DNA of 64,000 nt, taken from NCBI GenBank assembly GCA_025786725.1, contig JAHLTZ010000023.1, positions 372,001-436,000 of the forward strand, written 5' to 3'. Each line of letters starts with the position of its first letter. Positions within the stretch are counted from its first letter, which is position 1. Origin of the DNA: Syncephalis fuscata S228. Taxonomy: Eukaryota > Fungi > Zoopagomycota. The position numbers and the translations under genes were made by a program. The notes beneath the pieces were generated by a model. The model was not told the DNA's origin. It saw only the letters and a program-made list of their open reading frames with translations, and made no database searches. Of this stretch, positions 26,455-40,961 are shown piece after piece.

Positions 26455-29400
26455 ATGTATCTACTATTCCACGACAGTGATTTTCCCGGCTATTTGCCGC
26501 AGTTTGATATAAAAAGCATTTTTAAAGAAGCCGAAGGCAAGACTGTATCAGCTAAAACATTACCAGAGCAACTGGATGCCTTAGCTAAAGGGCAAGAGTG
26601 TGTACTAATATCATTTCATGGGGCGTATTTTCCCTGTGCAGCTTGGCCGTCTATATTACGCTTCCTACAACGCGGTGGCAATCTTATTGCCGCTGGTGGG
26701 CCTGTATTTTCGCGTCCTGTTCATTGGGAGTCGAAAGATGGGGGATACTGGGAAATAGAACCAGAGACATGGATCTACTGTAGTCAATTGCGTCTAGGCC
26801 CATTTGTGCCGATTGATCTAAAGACAGCAGCCTACGAGGAGCACTCAGAACAAAATGAAACAGCAACATCAGTTGAATTTATACTAAAATCTACCAAGCG
26901 TGCACACTTTTTGTCACAAGAAATTAAATCATTAGGCGGTCATACTTTATTGCCAGTTGAAAAGAAAACTGACCAATTCTGGTCACCAACACCACGACTG
27001 TCCGAGACAAATGTCTATGACGGCGAGGAAGGCAGTACCGGAGCAATGGACACGGTAATAATGCCATTAGTTACCGTGCATCCTGTTTGGAACAAAGATA
27101 ATCCTTCAGGCCAGCGAGTGGCTACACCATTGCTGCTGTTGGACCAGCTTACTGGATCATTTCGTGGTGGCCGCTGGCTAATTATACCTTGGTCAAGAGA
27201 TACGTCTGATACAACGGCCTATCAGCATTATTTGCATCTAATTGGCTGCTGTTTCCCTTTGGTAGCTGTCGGCAGTAGAACCATTGATGTCAGAGCAGCC
27301 CTTAGCTGCTATCGTATTCACGAACGGCCAAGTATCAAAATTTTGTGGCAACGACCATTAAATGAGCTTTCTACTCGACTGCCAAAATCTGGGGAGAAAT
27401 GGTGTATTCGTTTAACGATAAAGGCACCCGGTAAACGATTTAAAGAGATATTCGACTTGACAGTGCCATTGAATAAAGACGATTCAGGTGTCTACGATCA
27501 TTCACTGCCATTTGAGGTCGACATCTACGGCCTGTATACCATCACTGCCATTTATAGCACTACCACATTGCCTGATAAAAAGCTTTATCAATCTGGTGGA
27601 TTTGTTACATGGAATGCTGACATGGCTACATCGTGTTCAAAAATACGTCCAGGTAGTCATTTATTTTTAATAGATAATCAAGATGGTGAATCCACAGAGA
27701 AGCCATGGTTTATGTTTGGCACTACTTATATGGATTCACGGGTCCAGCGGCACTTTCTTCATATGCCAAATCCACTACGCTGGAGTCGCGATCTAAGTAA
27801 GATGCGCGCTTGTGGTATCAATACCATTCGGACTGGTTTATGGTGCGGCTGGCGTGACTGGGGCATTAACGAGAAGACAAAGACAATATCGCCATCAACA
27901 GAATTATTACGCGCTCTAGATGCTTTTATTATGATTGTAAGTCGTCACAAACTACAAATCATTTTTAATATATTTGCTTTTACACCGGTACCGGCTGGCC
28001 AACATCCATATCTTGACCCTAAAAGTATAGACATTCAAAAAAAGTTTGTTACTTATCTTGCAAAACTCTACGCTGACTTTCCCTGGTTCACTGGGATTTA
28101 ATTAATGAGCCGAGTTTCGGAAGTCCACAGCGTTTATGGGCAGGTCGTGCTCGTCCCAATGGTGATGTATACGAGAAAAAAGCGTTCAGCGACTGGATGG
28201 AGCAGCAGTATCAATCGCTGGACCGTGTACGTACACGATGGCAACTTGTCTATCCCGAACCAAGTAGTTGGGCGCAGATTGGTGCACCGATTGAAGCTGA
28301 TTATAGTGATACGGTGGGCAATACTAGTTTCCGTCGGATGTTACGAGCAGCCGATTTTACACGGGCCTCACAACATTGGTTTTATGATTGGGCATCTACA
28401 CTTGCCACAGCAATACGTGAGACCGGCTGCAAAGGTATGGTGACTGTTGGTCAAGATGAAGGAGCCATTCGGCCATTGCCACTTTATCATAGCAAAGCGG
28501 TCGATTTTACAGCTACCCATCCTTGGTGGAATAATAGCGACATTCTATGGGACTATTTAATGGCCAGAACACCGGGTAAACCGGCCGTTGCCGAAGAAGT
28601 CGGTGTTATGCTGGCCCGCGACATTAGAGGACGTTCATTTCGAACTGAAATGGGCAATTCTCTATTGCTTAAACGCAAACTTTATTTGTCACTATGTCTA
28701 GGCGGTATGATTCAATGGCTTTGGCATACCAATGCTTATATGACAAGCGATAATGAGTGCCAAATCGGCATGCTACGTGCAGATGGTAGTCAAAAACCAG
28801 AGCTTTTGATTTATTTAGAATTTAGCGACTTAATAGAAAAAATACACAATCGTTGGCTAGATAATATGCCTGAATCTCCAATAGGACCAAGGCCAAAAAC
28901 ACCCGTATCGCCAATTGCTAATGCTAGCTGTGATAGCAGCGTGTCTAGCACTAATAGCGAGGAGAGTACAGAGCCTAAAGCCACTACAGTATGGCTAGTA
29001 GTACTGGATCACCAATGGTTTGCGCGACCTGATCTTACTAATAATGCCACTAAAATGGCTGTACGTGTACTAAGTAGCCGATTCAGTGTCCTTCCTCAGC
29101 TAGTAACAGAGGAAATGATTGGCCAATTGGCCACGTACACTGATGTGGATGATGCTACATGGCCAGCATCGTTATTACCTCGGCCACAAATAGTTATTGT
29201 ACCTAGCGCACAATTCCTAAGTGATGCAGCTTTTGCCGGATTAAAATGGCTTACTGCACGTCAAATACGTGTTCATGTTAGCGGTATCATTGAACGTAAC
29301 GAGGATGATCTGCCAGCATTGTCGCGATTAAAACATTTCGGTATAGGCTTAGCGGATTCACAGCCATCGTCGATTCAACCGGTAAATCGATACGAAATGG

Positions 29401-29849
29401 TAATTCCGCTACAGACACAGGCACAATTTGGCAATGAATCTATTGAATTTATACGCAAGTCAACATTGCCCCCTATTAATCGTCTTTTACTTAAAAATTA
29501 TTTCAGCTGGTCAGGCATTCCAGTTGAATTGAATGATCAACCAGATGCAGTAACCGCACTTTATGCACAAGTATTTGAAAAGGCACCACGTAAAGAATAC
29601 GGTCTTATTGTGTTCAAGCGTTTATTATCTCATGGTCACTTGGTCGTATTAACTAACGAGTCATCTCGACCCATCACTTATACACTTAATCTGAAAGTAA
29701 CCAATGGCCATACACAGCATCTGCTTTTCCCTTTGGTAATAGCCAGTCAAGAATCGGGCGCTATTCTAGTTATTCACGATAGTGTTAACACAGAAACTAA
29801 GGAAAATGGAGCCTTTTTATTTGGTGGCGTTAAACATCAAAAAAAGTAA
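26455..29849 (+). CDS. Large intronless clan GH-A glycoside hydrolase (GH5/GH42 beta-galactosidase-like), bacterial type
   Basis: GTTYM, GINTIRTGLW, TVGQDEG, HPWW and AEEVG motifs. The catalytic WDLINEP motif is restored by adding one G at ~28086, which joins ORFs 26425-28101 and 28197-29849. Confidence 0.8.
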
Positions 29850-29942
29850 AATCTTATTATTATTATTATTATTGTAATAAAACAAAATACAAGTTTATCG
29901 GCTTATGCAACAGCCTAGAAATTTACTGCTTAGACTACGCAC

Positions 29943-32900
29943 TTATGATGCAGGCTCCATATAATGACCATTCATAAGAATAGAGGCACCGTTGTTATTA
30001 CCATTGTAATTGGACCGCCAAATACCATTGGCATTGGCACCGGGTGGCGAGGTAAGATAAGAAGGCCATTCATCGGCAGTACCGGCCAGTGTCGGGGCTA
30101 TAGCGCCATGAGCCGTATTATTACCACTATTGCCATTGCTATTACTATTGTTAGTCGTAGTCGTAGTAGCAGTGGTAGCAGCAGTAATAGATGAACCATA
30201 GATAGATGCTGCCGTTGGAGTGGCTGACATAGCCATGATAGCATGAGATAATGCACTACCTGGTGCAATAGTCTCTGGCTCAAATCTAGTTAATAATAAA
30301 TCAGGATGAATTGGGTGCTGTCGAAATGCAAACTGTCCACGAGAAATATCATTAAGTGTAGCCGATGTCACATCGTTTGTATGTTGTTGTGGCTGACAAT
30401 AAGTACAAGCTTGATATAGATCTCGTTGACCACACTGAAATCCCGGAAACATTTCAAGATAAGTGGCATAGAGTGCACCAAATGGCAGGTAATCCATTCG
30501 CATACCTGTTTGATAAGCATTCTTTGTCTCTAACTTAAAATAAGCAGCAATAGCTCGTTCTCGAATAGCCAAATAAACGTTCTATTAACAAATTATTAAC
30601 CTTATTAATTAATAAATATTTTAATTATTGTAGTATACTTACAGTATTTGCATTGAATGAGCCCATCTGTCCTACAGCAGGATGCATGACTGGCACATTC
30701 AATATTGTATTACTACTACTACTACTACTGCCACCACCACTATTGCTATTGCTATTGTTACTATTACTAATGTTACTAATGTTACTATTCACTGATGCAG
30801 GTAATGCTGTTGCAACACTAGATGTATGTGGAATAGACATGGCCGGTGGCCAATTAGTATGCTGATCATGTTGATTATGATATAGACTCGATGGACCCAT
30901 AGGCGGTGTTAGTGTCGACTGTAGCGGGACGCTGGGCATAAATGGATCAAATGATGTGGTCATACTATTCGCTGAGTTGCCTTGATTATAGCTACTTAGC
31001 CGATTGGTAACTTCATTACTAAAAGAATGACGTCGACCACGCGTCTGTGTCTCATCTATAGTAATAAGTAAATCGGTTAATTAATATTACAATAAACAAG
31101 TTAATAATATTTACCTCGACTACTAACAAACAATGCTGTAGAAAATAGAGAGTGACCTGTAGCCATAGGTGGCGGTGTAGATGCTGTTGCCGATAGATTA
31201 TCAACACCCTTTAGTGGGGTTATTGTTGATGTAGTAGCAGTAGCAGTACCTATTGCACTAGAAGATGCAGCCGAAGCACGACGAGTTATCGTTTGTTCAG
31301 ACTGACTTCGTTGTTGTTCAACCAATGTCATATTGCTAGTGATAGGTGAACGTACTTCAGGCACACAAGGTGAAGTAGCGTCAGATAATCCTATGCTACG
31401 TGATACACCACTACCAATTACACCAACTCTACGAATATCCGGTACAGGTGATGGTGCCCGTGGATGAATAGGAGAAGTAATGGCTGCAGGAAGTATACCC
31501 ATACCTAAATTAACCGGGAATATAGAGCGTTGATCATGATGAGTCTCATGTATCGCAGATTGATTAGATATGGAGGATGGTAGTGGAACAGAAATGGGTC
31601 CATTTTGACTTAGTAATGATGGGAAATGCTGTTGTTGTTGTTGATGTTGTTGTTGTTGATGATGATGATGATGTGATATAATAGGTGAATTGGCTACTAA
31701 GGATACTGAATGAGGATGCAGTGGTGTAAAAGGTGTTGATGGTAGTGGTGGCCCTAATGGACTGGCTATTGAAGATATAGTATGACCTCTTATAGGCAAC
31801 GTATTTAAATTGTGTGTTGTAACATTGGTAGAAATAGGTAATGGCAATGAAGATACTATAGGTAGTATAGGATTATTAGATACAGGCAATACAGTGCACA
31901 CATCTAATGTTGTTGTAGTAGCTACTGATGTAGCTATTGTCTTGTGAGTTATCAAGGCTGGAGACGATAGATTAGTTGTAGCTGTAGTGTTTACACAAGT
32001 ATTAAATATAGTGGGTGCACCTATTGATTTAGACTCTGTTGTATCAATATGTTTTGACGGTGAAGACTGAATAGATGATTTAGATGGTGAAGATTGAGCA
32101 GATGGTTTTGGTGATATGTTATGTGTATCAATTGATGTAGCTACATTAGCATTTATAGAACGTAAAGTTGTAGTAGTTGTATTGATGGGTTTTATCGGTA
32201 AAACTACAGATTTACGCTGTTTACGAGATTGTGTATTTGTTGTATTTGTCGCATTTGTTTGTGCATCTTTAATTTGGCGTTCTTTTTTAGGTTGATCTTT
32301 TTTCACTCGTTCCTCTTGCTCCTTTTTTAACTGCTCTTCCCGTTCTTTCTTCAACTGTTTCTCTTGTTCCTTCTTCAACTGCTCCTCTTGTTCTTTCTTT
32401 AGCTGCTTTTCTCGCTCTTTATCCTGTCTTCGCTTCTCTTCTTCTTTACGTCGCCTTTCTTCTTCTCGTGCCCGTTTCTCTTCTTCTCGTTTCTGTCGTT
32501 CTTGTTCCTGTCGTTTCTTTTCCTCTTCTTTACGACGTTGTTCTTCTTTACAACGTTGTTCATCCTCAGCGCGTTTCTTTGCTTCTTGTTGCAAACGTTC
32601 CTCTTCACGTTGTTGTTTTAACTGTCGTTTGCGATCTTTTTTACGCTCCTTATCTCGCTGTTTCTTTTGTTCCTTTTCCTGTTTTTGTCGTTCTTCCTCT
32701 TCAATCTCTTGTAACAACTGCTCTTGACGTTCTCGTGCCACCTAACAGTCATTAAATCATAAATCATTGCTATAATAGTTATTGTTAATATTATAATTAC
32801 TATATACCTTTTCACGATATGCAGTCAAAACGCGTTGTTCAAAAAGCCGTGCTGCAAATGTTTGAAACATCTTACGACCTTCTTCCATTCTTTGCTCTTC

Positions 32901-34786
32901 TGTCAGTGGATCCTAATATTATAATCAATATTAGATTGTTATTATTAATGCCGCCTTACTTACTTCATCTAGATCTTCATCTTCATACTCTTCATCGTCA
33001 TACTCTTCATCATCATCATCGTCATAATCTTCTTGGTCATAGGCTACGTCATCTTCCTGTCGAAGTCGTCGCTCTGCCAATCGTTCCATCATATCAAGAA
33101 ACTTTTTACCATCATTCTGAAGTAAATCATCAGCTACTGTCAAAATACCCCCTGTAATAATAAATTATATTAATATTATTAATTAATGTGTAATCAATGT
33201 CTTAATATTAATAACTTACCTTTAACGGTTAAACTACTTCCAAAATTAAAATACGAACTTCTTACATCAGCTATTCGACCTCGCTGATTTGTATCATGAT
33301 CATGTTGATCTTTGATTTCATACCGACAATTACTATCATAATCTTCGTCGTCATCGTCGTCATCGTCGTCGTCATCTTCATTACTATTATCATCATCTTC
33401 ATCGCCTACTTCTACATTTACTGAGCCAATATTGGAGCCTTCATCGACATCATGTTGTACATAATATGCAAATAATGCTTCATCATCAACTTGTATGTAA
33501 TCTGTGCTGATGGATTGATTTCCATGAATAATAGATGCTGATGTAGGTGTATTAATACAGTTTGCCGATAACTCGTTATTCGATAATTTATCTATTATCG
33601 TCTGATTCATTGTGGAAGACTGTCGTTTAGTATGAGCTATATTTGTAGTAGATGTACGCGTATGTCGATTCATATGTTCATCATCTGATAATGTATCATT
33701 TATCATATGTTCACTTGTTAATTGTTGCTGTTGCTGTTGCTGTTGCTGCTGTTGTTGCTGCTGTTGTTGATTGGCATATTGTTCAAGCTCTTCATAATAA
33801 GCATCATATAATATTTCCAATTCTTCTTCAATAGCAGTCCGTTTCCTACCACAAAATGAACATGAACAATTACGTTTTTGCTGTTCTTTAAGCTTTTGTA
33901 GTACTGCTTCTTTCTCTACTTTGACCAAAGCGCGTCGATCTTCTTCGCCTAACTGTAACCAAAACTCGCGAATCTTTTGTCGATTATCATATGTATCATT
34001 ACTCCACAAATCATAGTCATAGTGCGAGTCATATGCCTGTACTCTATATTGATAGCGTCCATCGTGGAATCGCTCGTACAATTCTACATGCTGTGTGGCG
34101 TCATCAATGTCATCGTCATCACCACCGTCATTGCCATTGCCATCTTTCATCATTGACATCTTTCCTTTACGATGTTTCTTCTTCTTCTTCTTACCACTGG
34201 ATGTTGAATTGGTATTTACTAGTGGTGGAGGTGTCGATATTGCCGGTACAGCTTGTGGCTCTAATGATGTATGGCCATGAGTATGGGTGCAGCATTCATG
34301 GTGTCCATAATTGGCCGATGCACTGTTTGACATCTCCTGAGGCTGGTTACGTCTTCTTTGTCGTCGACGGGCACCGGCCACTTTAACACTGCTGTTATAG
34401 CCATTGATGCTGGTACCAACACCGCCCGAAGATCCACTGGATGCCGACCATTCTGACTCGCTACCTTTGGTAGATAGCTTAGTTTCATGATATTGTTTGA
34501 TTGGGCCTAAAGGTTTAGATCGTCGATCTAGACGAGATGCTGAACTATCTGCTGTTGCGTCCAGCGCAGCACTGGCACTATGGCCACTACCGTTTGTATC
34601 CATCTCGGTCTTTTTAAGAATATTCATCGACTTTGTTCCATTTTTGTTGTAAATTACTGTTCGTTCCATTGTATCCTTCAACGACGCTTGATCAGATTGT
34701 TCAATCGAGCGCGAAGGAGGCTGTTTAACGATACGTGCCGGTGGCGGTAAGGCTTCCTCTGCCGGAAAACCGCGCCGAGTAGTCAT
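29943..34786 (-). CDS. NST1: Stress response protein Nst1
   Basis: [71 protein letters not shown] and [19 protein letters not shown], followed by a long E/K/R coiled coil. Multi-exon. Confidence 0.93.
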
Positions 34787-35651
34787 TCCAAAATCACTCT
34801 AACTAATAATTATCAATAGCAGCAATGGTAATAACATTAGTTAATTAGTATATGGAATTTAAATGAAGCTGTTCTTCAATACAATAAACGTATATTCAGT
34901 ATCAGTTTTCTTTTAAGCAAGTCTAGTTGGATGAAACATCTATTGGTTGACCGCGCTTGATATCACAATTTCTACACAACAATACCAAGATACAGTTGAT
35001 ATAACAATACGTAACGACGATAACAACAACAACATCAGACCCAAGCTGTGCAAACAACGAGAAAGGGGCCAGTATTTACAAACACATTCCTGTCGTCGTT
35101 GTCATTCTAATTGCTTAGGGGCAGCGAAGGAGCATATTGATACAAATCAGCCAGTTAAAGCCTATAGATAGGCCGTAAACACCGTTATAGACCCGCTACT
35201 ATCCGCTCAATATATCTCGGGCCGGTCTCAAAGCGTTATACTTACCGTGTGTAATCGCCAATGTAACTCCTATTGATATTAATAAGAATGAACTACAAAA
35301 TGCCGCAATTTAGATTGTACGTGAAATATAGATTCAAAAACGAATAACACGGACTCCTATGGCTGTTGTTCTTCAAGCTAATAGCGAGTGTAGTAAATGT
35401 AAGGCACCGACAAAAGGAATTCAGGCTGCTAATGCCAAACTATGATCAAGTAAGAAAGTTTGCTGTAACAAGCGGAACAATCCGTCAAACTAGAATTCAA
35501 GCGTAATAAGCTGATAATTGCGCAATGCCTACTGGGTGGGTTTAAAGAGTGATACAGGCAGGTGAACACACAGGCAGTACTAAGATGTTGCGGTGACAAC
35601 GATGAAAAGAAGAAGAAAAGAATGCCAACGGTCAATAATGGCACAATAGAA

Positions 35652-35680
35652 AGTGAGTGAGTGAGTGAGTGAGTGAGTGA
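35652..35680. repeat. (GTGA)n microsatellite
   Basis: Run of agtgagtgagtg. Confidence 0.9.
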
Positions 35681-38600
35681 AGGGAGGACGGTCGTGTGAA
35701 TGTGCAATAATAAAAGTGGATAGCATCAGTGTCTCTTTGTCTATGGATGAATAATAGACAACGTTATTGATCAAGTGTACACAACTATTACAATGTCAAC
35801 CTGGCATGATGTCTATCTTACAACTGGACAAATACTGTATTAAAACTATATTAATGGTAAATAGGAGTGTTTTCTATTGATGTTGACGGTATTATATAAC
35901 AGGTTGACATCGATCAGTTTCATCACAGTTTTATAGAAATCAATTTAGTACTGCCGCTATAATAAATACTTGTTAAAATTCACATGCCATTACTTTATTC
36001 GTTGTTGATAATAATAAAACGGTATCTATTAATGGTTATGTATAATATACCTAGTTCTGCTACTAGATGTCATGTGGGATTCCTTTACTTTTACTAAATA
36101 GTTCATCGGTATTATCATGGAGCTTGGACAGCTAGTTTGCCGAGTGTATCATAACTGTTATATGACTTTGAGCGACGGATTTTGCTAATTTTGTCATCTG
36201 TAGATATTCAAAACAAAAAAGCTGTTTTATATAAATAGCTCGTAATAACCACTGACTAAATCTATTAAAATACTATACAATGTTTCATCCGCATCATTCA
36301 ATACTAACAATCGGCAATAATATTGCCTGTGTTTAATGGTTTTCAAGCCAAATATAGTGTTACTTGCGTGTATATGTGCATGATGTATTTTATTGTTTAT
36401 ATTTCTAAAAGCAACTGCTTTTGTCAAAGTCTCAATTAATTACTATGCATTGGCACAAGTATAGAAATAAAAGCTATTATTGCATTTAAATCCAATTTAT
36501 TGCTCATATATCAGAAAATCAACTACCAAATGTCCCCCGCGTGTTACGGAAACCTCGGCGTACTTTTTCTAACTCAGTGTTGCAGTTTCTCCTTTTCATA
36601 TAAACTGAAAATTCGATCAACAATATATTATAGATGATGCGTATCATATTTAATGCATTGTGCCATGGATATTGTTCTCATTTAAACAACACCCTATTGA
36701 ATTGGCGTTGTCTTGTGTATCATTTAAAATTGATTGGATGACTAAATATCCGCAACAATAGTTAGGTAGTTTTGAATTATTGCAAAACGAAACGACCATT
36801 CCAACGGCTCTGGTTTATCTGTTCATACTATCCCTTCAGCGCCTGTGTTCGCAAGCAAGTGATGGGTAACTGACTACGATTGACGCCCCTGCTATGGCAC
36901 TCATCGCTGCCTCCTGATCCACATATGCAGATTAACCGTATAAGTGCCTTGGCCGCTACAAGAAAGGTTATTAACCCACCCATACTATTCTATATTTATC
37001 AAAAAGGGAGGTTTTTATTATCCAATTTTAGTATAGTTTGCTATTTATTGTTAAAATATACGCCTCTAAACCTTCCCGGTATACAAACCGGTTTTATTAT
37101 AAAAAGACAGTATAGTTTGAGTAAAGTTCTATGAAGGTACTAGTTATGCTTAGATTTTTGATAATGGGATATATAAAAACAGGCGAGCCAAGTCCATGAT
37201 TTAAATCTGTCAAGTCGATGGCTAGTAACTTAGTCAAGTGCATATTGCAAAGTCAATGATCACCAATGACACAGTTACTTGAACTGACTAATGTAGAAAT
37301 CCTTGTATACGCCGTAACTACTACTGTAGTTCAAAGTTGGTCTATATCGACTTTGAAAAAGCCTTGTTTATGGTTAACAAGTTCTTGTAGACAAATAACT
37401 GGGCTTTGGCGTGATGTTTGGCTTGGTTCACTGCCACCACGTTTCAAGCTCCGGCCGATTAACTCGGTTTACCGCGTTGTTAATACTATGCGCTCTCTGT
37501 CTTTTGCATATTCTAATACTGAGCGCAAATTACCAGTTATTAAGTATCTGGTTTTTTAATTCCAAATACAGAAATATAATGCGGTGCCACCGCGGGTTAA
37601 AAATATGCCAATTTGGGCGAGTAGCGTCTATTTTTAAATTAGTTTTGTGACAAACAACAAATGTTTATGATCATTCCATTAAACTACGCTATGCCACTGT
37701 ACACTTGATACTGAAACCTGTTTGTTTTATCATCCTTCTATCGAAGGGCGGCATCGTTTCTTTGTACCATCGGCTACATTGCGTTCAAACTCTCCCCATA
37801 TTTCTTCATCTATTTTGGTAAACTGGCCAGGTATTTCAGCCACTAGTCCCTGCGTAGTGGTACGGTTACTTTAGTGGCCATTTTTATGTTTATTTAAACT
37901 GTACTATATACAATGTTAAAAAAGACTGGTCGAACAGTGAGGCACAACCCATCTTTTTTGGCAAAATTTAGCAAAATAGCAAAGCGCTATTTTTGAATTA
38001 GCATCCCAAGCTCTAGCTCGCGTTCTTTACTATGCAATGTAACAAGGGTGATGGTAAAGAATCATTTTACCACTGGTGTCGAAGATGAAACTTTGGTAGG
38101 AGAATATAAATACACTTCAAACTTTTCATTCGACTAGCATCACATCAAACAGCATCAATCTGTGATACCGTTAACAGTAGCACGACCATCGATTTTCCCA
38201 CTTATTCCACTGAACCGCACCACAAATATCTTACTGAACAAGCATTACTGGTATGTTGTTTATTGCTATTGAATTGCTGAAAAGCATATCTGTGTTAAGA
38301 GTGATTTGCGCCTACACGTCGTATACTGTTTAAGGCCTAGTGATGTACGCAAATTAATATATATTTGTTCCAATACCGCCCTGCTTGGCAATATACTATA
38401 ATGGTTAATTTAGCAATTTGCTTAATTGAATTTGTCTCATTATAGTTGTAGAATTCTATATTAATAGCTTAGTTGAGCCATATATTTTTCTTTACTTTAT
38501 CGTTATTTTTCGTTCTATATATTCTCGTGCTTTCAACTTGAAGTTGTTTAAGTTTAATGCAAAGCTATCGCTTTAAAAGGCACGTACCTATCTATCTATC

Positions 38601-39113
38601 TATCTATATAGTATACGACGTATTTGTCTTTGTGAATACCTTTTGTTAAAGGTTTTTTTTGCTTTTCCATCGATTCAATATTAACATTATATTTTACAAT
38701 TGATAGCTAATTTCAGCGTTATTTATTGCAGGTTTACTGCTTACAATAGCTACCAAATTGGTTATTTCTTACTGCAACAAATAGCTTATTATCTGTTAGC
38801 CACCATCAACTATCGACAGTTTAACAAAATAGCATTATTAGACATACTTGATCTGGTAAGTATTCTATGTATATCTAAAATTACTATACTATTTCTAGTC
38901 ATAATATACCACTTGTTTTATTTAACTAATCAAATAGCTTTTATCTAGTGCTTCCGGAAAGCTTAATTAGCTATTGTTGCTTATCTGCTTAAAATTTTAA
39001 AAGCATGCTATCTTCCAGTAAGTGCAAATTCTCGTATTGCACACACAAAATCTAATACAATCACATGTATTCCTCTATACTTAGCATACGTAGTATCCGA
39101 GGACAGAGATGTT

Positions 39114-40550
39114 ATGAAACCTCAATACTCCAGTCCCTTGGAATATACCGAACGTTTTACAGGCCATAATTACCAATCAATTCCTAAACTAATAATGCCC
39201 CATACATCTCCAAAATTAGGCTTGGATAGTTCAATAAGGTGCTCATTACCTCCGGTTGCGTCCTTGATAAACGAAACACAACGTGGCACCATTACCACTG
39301 CTGAACGGCTTACGTTGTTCAAGCCCAAAAGCATTGAAAGTACCTTACCGGCATCATTTGATACACCGGAAGGTAGAAGATTTTTACCAATGCGTGGTCA
39401 TCCTCCATTTGCGCAATCGTTTGAAAGTTTCGACTGTTGTTCCTTGGCAGTACCGGCACTTAACAAGGAGCAGCATCGGCCAATAGTCTCAGCAGCAACT
39501 GAGTGGGTGCCAGCTTTAGATTTAAAATTACAGTCGGGAGTGGCAGTAACTGGTTTTCAGCACACCGCTAAAGTTTCAAACACATTGGACAATGGCAACT
39601 ATCGACTCGATTGCAATGAACAGCGCTTGGCCGATTGTACTTTGGCAAGGTCAACAGATATGCATCCAAGAACATTTAGCGCTACACCGCCTTCCTACAC
39701 CCCACCAACGTCAATATCTAATCGCTTATCACCTATCTCTACTCATCATACACAGCAATCAAGCTGTGACATGGCGGCAAACAACAGCCGACTCGGCTCT
39801 ACAAGTCCCATATACATGGCACCACAAGAATACGTTTCAAACAAGCATGGCCGTAAATTTAACTATAATGAAACGTGTCCCCTCGTTTTCAATTCAATTG
39901 AAATGTCGACCAATTCTGCACACACAGTCGACACTTTAGATCTAAATCGAGCTGTTGCCACCAAGGCTGCACAACACATCTCATACACACCTATGGATCA
40001 GCCGGTAAGACCAAACGTCAATACAAAAGCACGTGATCACATATGTCCCGAGTGCGGCCGTGCTTTCCAGCGTGCCGAACATGTACGCCGCCATCAGCGT
40101 ACGCATACCAATGAACGACCATTTGTGTGCCCGGTGCTACAGTGTGGTCGTGCTTTCGGTCGCTCTGACAACTTGAATGCACATTTACGAAGCCACGAAA
40201 AGAAGCAGTCAAAATACAACTACTATCGCGGTATTGGCCAGCGTCGCTCACTCCGTGGCCTCGTATACCTTCATGTTAATGTCAACAAGCCGAATGGCCT
40301 CGAGTCTAGCCCGAGTGTATTTACAGTTAACAATGCAGCTAATGCAGATCGTACCAACGCACCTATCAACGGTCCTTTTGAACATCAATATCCAGTAGCA
40401 CGTAATGGTGTGTATACCTTCTCTCATACACAGTCAAGAGCCATGTTCCATCATGCTTCTATCTCATCTGTCTCCCCTAAATCATCAGCACGCTCCCTAT
40501 CCAGTACACCCTCATTATCGCCATCATTTGAAATGTCTTGTTTGCGTTAA
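39114..40550 (+). CDS. Two-finger C2H2 zinc-finger transcription factor
   Basis: HICPECGRAFQRAEHVRRHQRTHTNERPFVCPVLQCGRAFGRSDNLNAHLRSH. Confidence 0.92.
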   Translation: MKPQYSSPLEYTERFTGHNYQSIPKLIMPHTSPKLGLDSSIRCSLPPVASLINETQRGTITTAERLTLFKPKSIESTLPASFDTPEGRRFLPMRGHPPFAQSFESFDCCSLAVPALNKEQHRPIVSAATEWVPALDLKLQSGVAVTGFQHTAKVSNTLDNGNYRLDCNEQRLADCTLARSTDMHPRTFSATPPSYTPPTSISNRLSPISTHHTQQSSCDMAANNSRLGSTSPIYMAPQEYVSNKHGRKFNYNETCPLVFNSIEMSTNSAHTVDTLDLNRAVATKAAQHISYTPMDQPVRPNVNTKARDHICPECGRAFQRAEHVRRHQRTHTNERPFVCPVLQCGRAFGRSDNLNAHLRSHEKKQSKYNYYRGIGQRRSLRGLVYLHVNVNKPNGLESSPSVFTVNNAANADRTNAPINGPFEHQYPVARNGVYTFSHTQSRAMFHHASISSVSPKSSARSLSSTPSLSPSFEMSCLR

Positions 40551-40961
40551 CAATTTGCTATTACCATACACGTGTGCGTGCCCGTATATGTACTGTTTTA
40601 AATATTGATATTTGGATTTGCCACTATTAATATCGCAGTCATATTGAACCTCTTGTCATTACTTTATTCTGTGCACAACAATATCTTGTGCGCTTGTTAC
40701 TTATTTACTTTCACACTTTTGAATATAGTTGATTTGCAAAGCGTCCTTTTTGTCGCCCATTTATTCTTCATTTATAGAACTCGGTGGCTTCCACTTTGGA
40801 ATTAGCCACACTATTAATGAAGATGCATTGACTTGGAATATATTTTAATAACAAGGTTTATTATAAACAAACATTATAATAAATACACTAATTAGCATTA
40901 TATACTATGCATTTATAATTATAACTGATGTTTATTTTATTACTAGATAAATGACAATTGA

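Noticed and set aside
24215-33834. Antisense and alternative-frame low-complexity ORFs over N-, Q- and E/K-rich tracts
   Set aside because: Shadows of triplet-repeat coding sequence in the real genes.
34900-38100. Short ORFs in the NST1-C2H2 divergent intergenic region
   Set aside because: No homology cues or coherent splice structure; probably UTR and promoter sequence.
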